Shown piece by piece: positions 55,060 through 64,000 of a stretch of 64,000 bases of DNA. Position numbers and translations under genes: made by a program. The notes under the pieces are model-generated. The model was not told the origin of the DNA. It saw nothing but the letters and a program-made list of their open reading frames with translations, and ran no database searches. Source of the DNA: Octopus sinensis. Its lineage: Eukaryota. Location: NCBI RefSeq assembly GCF_006345805.1, contig NC_043015.1, positions 37,200,001 to 37,264,000 of the forward strand, written 5' to 3'. Within the stretch, counting starts at the first letter, position 1. Every line of letters begins with the position of its first letter.

Positions 55060-56880
55060 GTGTGTGTGTGAGTGAGTATGTGCGCAGACAGACCCACAAT
55101 AAAAAAGATCCAGAAAATGTGATAATATTGACTCTGGGATACGATACCCGACTGTGTTGGTAACTGCATAACCGGTACACCGAAGTGACATCGTAATTGT
55201 CTCCGTTGTCATCAGAATACTAAGCCCTAGTATTTAAGATTAGATATACAGGTAGTTTATTTTGGTGGATCTTAGTCCGGAGAGTAATCAGTTATTGCTA
55301 CTATATACAGTTATTGATATATAAAGACACACACGAGGGTCAGCTACAATGTTCCCAGGCTAAACAAGTTACTTTCACGTACTGTGACCAAATGAGGTTC
55401 ATATTTCCCAACATAAGCCCCCCCCCCCTTGCGATCTTCACTTGTCATCCATCGGCACTCCTTTCGCCTCCCAAATTCAGCTGATAATTTTTGCACCGTT
55501 GATAAAACTGGAGCGCCACCTTACTATAGCAACCATGTCACCATGAGTGTTCTTGAGGGTTAAACACTTTCTTTCTGCAGGTAATTCATGACACCACGAT
55601 ACCAAACTTTGGCCATTTTTCGAGAAGTCGCTATTAGTTGATTTCAAAGTTTACCTCGGCGGAATTTTCTCCCCAGAAGAAATACTACCGAGCATTTTGC
55701 CCACCATATTAGCAATTTTGTGAGATCGCTAGTGTCTTCATTTGAGAGACACCAAATAATGATTCGGCCTCGCTGATATCGAAGTTGCATATATTTTAAC
55801 ATTCAGGTGTAGATCCAGGTTAAATGGAACTGATGAAATAGCAAATAAGTTAGAAAAAGAATTCTAATCTCCACGTGCCTAAGTTCAGTACCTGTATGAG
55901 AATGATGGGTTTCATTATGTTACCGAGTTATCATATGAAATATTTTATAGCTTAATTTCTCATTTATTGTTTCATTCCCAGAAATGTGTCTTGCAATGAG
56001 TTTCATTTCCACCATTACTAGAACCATATTCTGTTATTCTATTAAGATAACGAAATTTGGAAAACTTTATTTTAAATCAATTAATTCTTGGGACCCGCGA
56101 GAGTATTCACTTGAACTCTGTCATCGAACCTGTCAGACTTTGCACACATTACAACGTTCTCACCTTTTAACGCTTAGAAACATGTCAACATGTAATCTAA
56201 ACCCCATGTCTTCTCCATTAGAATAACGTAGATCCGAGGAGGAAACTACAGAAAATTCTATCACTGAATCCCTTGGCATCCTCTAATAGTTTGCAAATAG
56301 GTTGCTATTAAATTAAATACGAATTTAATATGCAGTTTTTTAAGAAGACATATTAATACGAAAATTAAAATGTGCAAACTATAAAACTAAATTCGAACGC
56401 AAATAGAAAAATAACATCTTCGTTAGAATATTAATTAATGTGGCTTGTAATTTTGGACTGCTTTGTACGTTTTGATCACGTGACTGCAATTTAAGACAGA
56501 TGGGGAATCTTCCGGGATTCAGAAATCGATTTATCAACTTCAGTTTATTTCCTTAATTATCAGCTATATTTTTGTTCAACACCTGACAAGTGTAACACGT
56601 GATCGATGTGAAACATGATAAAAGAATGGACAAACAGTGCTATTTGAATAATTCATTGGCGCGTTATAAATTATAAATCACCTCCAAATAACGTGCATGC
56701 ACGTATTGGTTTGCCGAAGTCTTTTATGAAGATTTCCACTTCGAAGTTTATTTATGTTCTTCGCAGGATTCAGAAATGGTCTCTACTGAAATAACAACTC
56801 AAAGTTTTTGGTCAAAAGAGTACCAGAGATTTGTGAATATATGAGAGAGTGAATGTGGACACGTGTGTGTGAGTGCGTGT
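55060..56880 (+). repeat. 1.82-kb tandem duplication, copy 1
   Basis: Offset to copy 2 is 1824 at the start and 1818 at the end. Both breakpoints lie in (GT)n tracts. Confidence 0.97.
56164..56245 (-). CDS. Candidate 82-nt exon SSSDLRYSNGEDMGFRLHVDMFLSVK, phase 1-2 (copy 1)
   Basis: gaattttctgtag| acceptor, AAG|gtgaga donor and only one open frame. Confidence 0.4.
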
Positions 56881-58690
56881 GTGTGTGTGGTGTGAGTGAG
56901 TATGTGCGCAGACAGACCCACAATAAAAAAGATCCAGAAAATGTGATAATATTGACTCTGGGATACGATACCCGACTGTGTTGGTAACTGCATAACCGGT
57001 ACACCGAAGTGACATCGTAATTGTCTCCGTTGTCATCAGAATACTAAGCCCTAGTATTTAAGATTAGATATACAGGTAGTTTATTTTGGTGGATCTTAGT
57101 CCGGAGAGTAATCAGTTATTGCTACAATATACAGTTATTGATATATAAAGACACACACGAGGGTCAGCTACAATGTTCCCAGGCTAAACAAGTTACTTTC
57201 ACGTACTGTGACCAAATGAGGTTCATATTTCCCAACATAAGCCCCCCCCCTTGCGATCTTCACTTGTCATCCATCGGCACTCCTTTCGCCTCCCAAATTC
57301 AGCTGATAATTTTTGCACCGTTGATAAAACTGGAGCGCCACCTTACTATAGCAACCATGTCACCATGAGTGTTCTTGAGGGTTAAACACTTTCTTTCTGC
57401 AGGTAATTCATGACACCACGATACCAAACTTTGGCCATTTTTCGAGAAGTCGCTATTAGTTGATTTCAAAGTTTACCTCGGCGGAATTTTCTCCCCAGAA
57501 GAAATACTACCGAGCATTTTGCCCACCATATTAGCAATTTTGTGAGATCGCTAGTGTCTTCATTGAGAGACACCAAATAATGATTCGGCCTCGCTGATAT
57601 CGAAGTTGCATATATTTTAACATTCAGGTGTAGATCCAGGTTAAATGGAACTGATGAAATAGCAAATAAGTTAGAAAAAGAATTCTAATCTCCACGTGCC
57701 TAAGTTCAGTACCTGTATGAGAATGATGGGTTTCATTATGTTACCGAGTTATCATATGAAATATTTTATAGCTTAATTTCTCATTATTGTTTCATTCCCA
57801 GAAATGTGTCTTGCAATGAGTTTCATTTCCACCATTACTAGAACCATATTCTGTTATTCTATTAAGATAACGAAATTTGGAAAACTTTATTTTAAATCAA
57901 TTAATTCTTGGACCCGCGAGAGTATTCACTTGAACTCTGTCATCGAACCTGTCAGACTTTGCACACATTACAACGTTCTCACCTTTTAACGCTTAGAAAC
58001 ATGTCAACATGTAATCTAAACCCCATGTCTTCTCCATTAGAATAACGTAGATCCGAGGAGGAAACTACAGAAAATTCTATCACTGAATCCCTTGGCATCC
58101 TCTAATAGTTTGCAATAGGTTGCTATTAAATTAAATACGAATTTAATATGCAGTTTTTTAAGAAGACATATTAATACGAAAATTAAAATGTGCAAACTAT
58201 AAAACTAAATTCGAACGCAAATAGAAAAATAACATCTTCGTTAGAATATTAATTAATGTGGCTTGTAATTTTGGACTGCTTTGTACGTTTTGATCACGTG
58301 ACTGCAATTTAAGACAGATGGGGAATCTTCCGGGATTCAGAAATCGATTTATCAACTTCAGTTTATTTCCTTAATTATCAGCTATATTTTTGTTCAACAC
58401 CTGACAAGTGTAACACGTGATCGATGTGAAACATGATAAAAGAATGGACAAACAGTGCTATTTGAATAATTCATTGGCGCGTTATAAATTATAAATCACC
58501 TCCAAATAACGTGCATGCACGTATTGGTTTGCCGAAGTCTTTTATGAAGATTTCCACTTCGAAGTTTATTTATGTTCTTCGCAGGATTCAGAAATGGTCT
58601 CTACTGAAATAACAACTCAAAGTTTTTGGTCAAAAGAGTACCAGAGATTTGTGAATATATGAGAGAGTGAATGTGGACACGTGTGTGTGA

Positions 58691-58700
<10 letters not shown>
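56881..58700 (+). repeat. 1.82-kb tandem duplication, copy 2
   Basis: In the differences I found, it departs from copy 1 by five homopolymer shortenings (6 nt) and one substitution. Confidence 0.97.
57983..58064 (-). CDS. Candidate 82-nt exon, identical duplicate
   Basis: Identical to 56164-56245, including splice sites. Confidence 0.35.
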
Positions 58701-58754
<54 letters not shown>

Positions 58755-58755
<1 letters not shown>

Positions 58756-58950
58756 AGTATTTGTCGTCACAGTCACCACCACCGTTCGCTTAAAAACTGA
58801 TGTAGGTCTATTTACACCTCCATAGGTTAGCGGTTCTTTATAAGAAACCATTTTAAAGAAGACACTGGGTTGATTTGGTCGAATCAAATCCGTCATATTG
58901 GTCCCCAAATACGGATCCAGTCTAATGATTGAAACAGTTAAAAGATAAAG
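58755..58950 (+). mobile_element. SINE family B, degraded 3' half following a (GT)n tract
   Basis: ggttagcggttc..ctgggttgatttggtcga..tctaatgattgaaacagttaaaagataaag. Confidence 0.55.
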
Positions 58951-59748
58951 ACAAAAGAAAGCTATAGCGGCAATCATTTAAAGTGATTTTATATCCCTTT
59001 CGCACAGTATTTTGTGTGAATTTGACATCTGTCTTATACGTGCGCTTTAAGCACATTTGATTCCATCATGTTATGTCCATGATGTCCATACACACAATTT
59101 TTACAAAACGTCGTTATTGCGCTGAATCTGTTGAAGATGGACCATATGGGTTATGTTGATGTATAATTGATTTCCAAGCTCTTTTAACAAACCTGTTGTT
59201 ATACAGCGCAGTGTTTCTACAATAATTAGTAAAAACAAGAATCAATTACTCGAACACAAAAGCTGCCTTCAGCAGAAACAGTGATGCCTCCTGAAATATC
59301 ATATTTTGGGATATTTGTGACCTCTGCAGTAGACTATTACATTTCATCCCTATCTCATAACCGGGCTGGCATGGTTACACAAATATTTATGGTTCCTAAC
59401 CTAATGTGCCAATAATGTTCTACGTCATATTTTTCTTTTTAAATGTGAATGCGATCTGCTTATTTTGTACGTTTTATAAACCTTTTCGATTAATCCTTCT
59501 CACGAGTGGAACAGTAAAAATCTTTTAGCAACAAAGTCACAGCTTCTAGGAAGGTGAGATCTGGCTGACATTTTGTTGATATGAATGGATGTAAGGGAAT
59601 CGTTACTTCTTTGGTCAGGTATTTAGCATCTGTGAGACGCCTTCATATAAGTGTGCATGTGTGTGTTTGTGTGTCTGTATGTGCATACGTGCGTGTGTGT
59701 GTAAATATAAATAAACATTTGTATTGTTAAGCGCCCAAAATGTGCATT

Positions 59749-59962
59749 GAACGATATGAATTAGATGATATTATTCCCTTATGCAGAATTGCCGTTAGAA
59801 GACCAGAAATATTTGGTAAGTTACCCTTACAAAGTGGAAACATTTGTCAGTAACTAGTCATTGACAATTTTTTTTGCTTTGTAAGGGTAATTTACCCAAT
59901 ATTCGTACTGTTCTAACGGCAATTCTGCATTCGGAAACAATATCATCTAATTGGTATCGTTC
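59749..59962. mobile_element. 214-bp fold-back palindrome (older MITE-like element)
   Basis: 86-nt arms (59749-59834 and 59877-59962) with about 73/86 pairs, including a perfect 20-bp block atgcagaattgccgttagaa. An inner stem ttgtca/tgacaa is also present. Confidence 0.85.
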
Positions 59963-59983
59963 GCTCTGTATCTGTCTCTTTCT

Positions 59984-60091
<108 letters not shown>

Positions 60092-60371
60092 GTATGTATA
60101 CATACATATGCACATCTGTGTGCATGTATGTACATATGTGTGTGCGTGTATGTGTTTGTGCGTGCACGTGCTTCTTTCTGAGTGTCTGTGTCTCTTTGTA
60201 ATTATAATCCTCCATCTGCAGTTTTCCATAAATAGTATTACCCGTTTCAAATTTCTAGAATGCACGGAATGTAATTAGTGACAAAATGCATTGATTTCCG
60301 CCGTTATGAATATACACATTTCATTGCATTTATACAACCGTTGATGCTTGCGCATTTGATATATATATATA

Positions 60372-60672
60372 AAACCCCTTTGGTCATGACTGACCTTGCG
60401 ATTGCACCTAGAAAGTTACCCGCCCTGGCACAAGTCCGGGCAAGGTTGTTTATGGAAGACCAGCAGTCGCCCATGCATACCGCGGTCTCCCCTGTCCACG
60501 CCACCAACTTGGCACCAGTGACGTCGCAACTCATTTCTACAGCCGAGTGAACTGGATTACATAGAAACAAAGTGTCTTACTCAAGAGCACAACACGCACC
60601 CGGTCCGGGATTCGAACTCACAACCTCACGACAGTACGCTCGACGCTCTAATCAGTGAGCAATGCCCCTTCA
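60372..60672 (-). mobile_element. SINE family C, tail type 3
   Basis: Minus strand tRNA head ..gaggttgtgagttcgaatcccggaccgg, core gttgtgctcttgagtaagacact..ccagttcactcggctgtagaaatgag and a GC-rich distinct tail. Confidence 0.85.
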
Positions 60673-60694
60673 CCCCCCCATGTATATATATATA

Positions 60695-60745
<51 letters not shown>

Positions 60746-61279
60746 AGCCGATGTAATTTCCATGTATGAATTTTTAGAAGATTAAATAATTTCTTACATT
60801 AACATGACAGTGTTGTCCAGTTTCTATTAATTGATTTCGATCTCCAGTTTCAATTAATCAATTTATTTCAGCTAATTATTCATAGCTGAGGCAACGTAAG
60901 GGAACTGCATCATCAGCGAAATGTCTCTTCACTAATAATTTATCGTATTTAAAAAATGAATCCCTGTTACTTAAAACGATATATTAAGTGAAATATAAGA
61001 GACGTGGGAGTCGCACGCCGAATAAAATTAATCCCATGTGTAATATATCCTGTTATGTCATGGGGCTATGACTCCTTCATAGACCCGTATGCTGTGTTGA
61101 TTACACGTACGGCGTATCTTAAGCATTTCACAACTGGAAGTGAAATGTCTATCGTTCTCCAATAAATGACCCTCGGTGACATCTCCAGATAAGAGTGTGT
61201 GAGAGACAGAGAACACATCACATCAAACTGTCCTTGCGTTATTTGTCACCTCCCATCATCATCATCATCATCATCATCA

Positions 61280-61440
61280 TCATGCATTGTTAGGAGCTTT
61301 CTTGACCCCATGTTCATCTGCTCTAGCTCCTCCTCTGTCCACTTCAGGATTCCAGCACCATAACGAACTACTGAGACTGCGCACGTGTTTATAGCCGAAA
61401 ATATGTTTCTGGCATTCAGCTTTGAAGCCAGTATTTATTC
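61280..61440 (-). mobile_element. R4/Dong-clade LINE internal fragment (post-RT region)
   Basis: ILASKLNARNIFSAINTCAVSVVRYGAGILKWTEEELEQMNMGSRKLLTMH. Confidence 0.85.
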
Positions 61441-61444
61441 TCAT

Positions 61445-61945
61445 TATTATCATTGAGTGAGAGAGAGAGAGAGAGAGCAGTGCTTGCCATCAAAGTGACA
61501 CTGGGGGAAAATATACGAAGCCCAGTAAATTCATCATGAGTACCCGTTTAATAAGGTTACACCAGGATAATGCATCACAACCATAAGTGCGTGACATGGT
61601 GATCTCCTATCAAGATAAACAGTGCATGACCTTGCAGGTGGGGCTCAGCTAAAAGTTTCTTCTCGTCGAGTAGCCCATCCGCTCAAAAGGTCCCTGAATA
61701 AGGGTTGTTGAAAGAAACACTCATATTTCCAGGTGTGGATTATCCAAACCCCAAAGAATCTCTCCTAACACACGGCTATGATGATCCCCCCCTACTTCTG
61801 CTCGTGATCAGAGATGCATATATGGTCAGCCACTAAGGGACATGCTCAACTGGTTAAGGTCAAACAACTGACAAGCAAATCTGTAGTGTTGAGCAGAATA
61901 TTTTCTGTAGCCCATCTTTTATACCAAGACAAAACGATGTACATG
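61445..61945 (-). mobile_element. Abundant octopus interspersed repeat (non-autonomous retroelement with TAA-type tail)
   Basis: Recognised from recall (tgccatcaaagtgacactgggg..cagccactaagggacatgctcaactgg). Single copy in this window, so not verifiable internally. Confidence 0.55.
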
Positions 61946-61980
61946 CATCATCATCAGCATCAGAATCAGCATCATCATCA

Positions 61981-62044
<64 letters not shown>

Positions 62045-62119
62045 CATCATCATCATCATTATTGTTATTATCATCCAGTATTTCTAACCAAAGTCTCTGG
62101 ATGGCTGCGTTCCCAACTA

Positions 62120-62809
62120 TTGGGATGACAACTAAGTTCCCGCCGTTCTTTTTAAATTTAAATTTTTTAAAAGGTTTAAAAAAAAATATCACAACTTATT
62201 AATCAATCATGTCTTCACCTTTGTTGTTTACAACTTCTTCCCAAAGTTCAACATGATTTCCAATGCCACGTGCGGAACCCATGCACCATACTTCTGAACC
62301 GTTGCCATCAAGTGAAGATGCTTCTCTATAGCAGTGTGGGAGTATTCCATTCTCTTTGCCAGTTCCCTTGTCGTTTGACGAGCATTTTCGTGCAAAAGTT
62401 GGTTTAATCGCTCTTCATGTAACTCAACTGGATAGTCAGAACAAGGTGCGTCTTTGATGTTAAAATTTCCATTTTTAAACTTGGCACATCAATCACGAGC
62501 GTTTCTTTCAGCTATGGCACCCTCTCTATACACAATACAAATGTTGCGAGCATCTTTTACGGCCTTAGAATCTTGATTAAAAGCAAAAAGAAGGACGTGT
62601 CAAAAATGCTCGTTTTTCTTAACTTGACATTCCATTTTAATGATCTGAAAATAAAATTAAAAAATTACTAAAATTAACTTGGAAAAAGAAACAAAATAGA
62701 TTCTAAAATGGTTCAAAAATAGAAATCTCGAAAAAAATAGATTCCACAATTTAAAAACTTAATAAATTTCCAAATTAAAACAACGGCAGGAATGTAGTTG
62801 TCAACCCAA
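62120..62809 (-). mobile_element. Internally deleted mariner transposon: 28-bp TIRs, TA flanks, N-terminal transposase only
   Basis: TIRs 62120-62147 and 62782-62809 are 24/28 identical, with TA at 62118 and 62810. From the ATG at 62635: MECQVKKNEHF*HVLLFAFNQ..AERNARD*CAKFKNGNFNIKDAP..TTRELA..GAWVPH. No DD34D domain. Confidence 0.93.
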
Positions 62810-63149
62810 TATGTTGGACATCTGTGTCTACAAAACGCTGCAAAGTTCAGGGTAAATGTCTATTATATAGCAACTATAATATGTGGATCGCAAAAAAATA
62901 CGAAATTATAATGTAGGAATAGAGAAAATACTATTCTGTAAGAAAACTCATGAGTTCTTCAGATTAAAGGCTCCACTGCTTCACAAAATTGGATGCATTC
63001 TTCTGGTTTGTCCACTTATGTTACTTGCAGAATTATGCTCTCTGAATAATTACCAACAATTTCAGTCGTGCAAATGTGTATATGTACGGATATGTGTGTT
63101 GTCTGCGGATGTATGTATACAGAGAGAAAAGGAGAGATAGAAGTCGACT

Positions 63150-63800
<651 letters not shown>

Positions 63801-64000
63801 TGCATTTATGGTTTACATCTCCAAAAGAATTTGTGTATGTATATGTATTTTCTACTTACATGTGTATGTGTGGGCGCCTATATGTACGCATGCTAAATAA
63901 TGGAATTTCTGAAAAAGACCTGCTCCGAGTGAAATAGCCAAGAGCTAAAAAAAAAAAAACTAAACGAAATAAGTAGGAATTATATGTATAAAAAAAAAAA

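Noticed and set aside
59180-59280. Two adjacent micro-exon candidates (GITVSAEGSFCVR; TLRCITT)
   Set aside because: They are mutually incompatible (intron of about 35 nt), and signals of this strength arise by chance in AT-rich DNA.
62060-62150. VVIPIV peptide resembling the R4 endonuclease C-terminus
   Set aside because: It overlaps the mariner left TIR; coincidental.

Overview
AT-rich, microsatellite-saturated animal DNA. The interspersed repeats match families I recall from Octopus (coleoid cephalopod) genomes; this is inference, not a database result. It reads as intronic or intergenic sequence. No operon, CRISPR array, rRNA or intact tRNA gene is present, and most long ORFs in the track are microsatellite artefacts. 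Well-supported content: four R4/Dong-clade non-LTR retrotransposon fragments beside (TAA)n/(CAA)n/(CAT)n tracts, a Tx1/L1-like remnant, an internally deleted mariner with both TIRs and TA flanks, three tRNA-derived SINE families (one recurring as a fixed dimer), two long fold-back palindromes (38640-38802, 59749-59962), a higher-order T-rich minisatellite (21490-22430) and a near-identical 1.82 kb tandem duplication (about 55060-58700). Moderately supported: several minus-strand exon candidates with good splice signals and partly compatible phases. Their peptides resemble FN3 and YWTD-propeller segments, suggesting a sparse-exon cell-surface receptor gene. One candidate exon lies inside the tandem duplication. 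I found no clearly new biological system. The best leads are the hairpins, the duplicated exon and the unidentified receptor-like gene.
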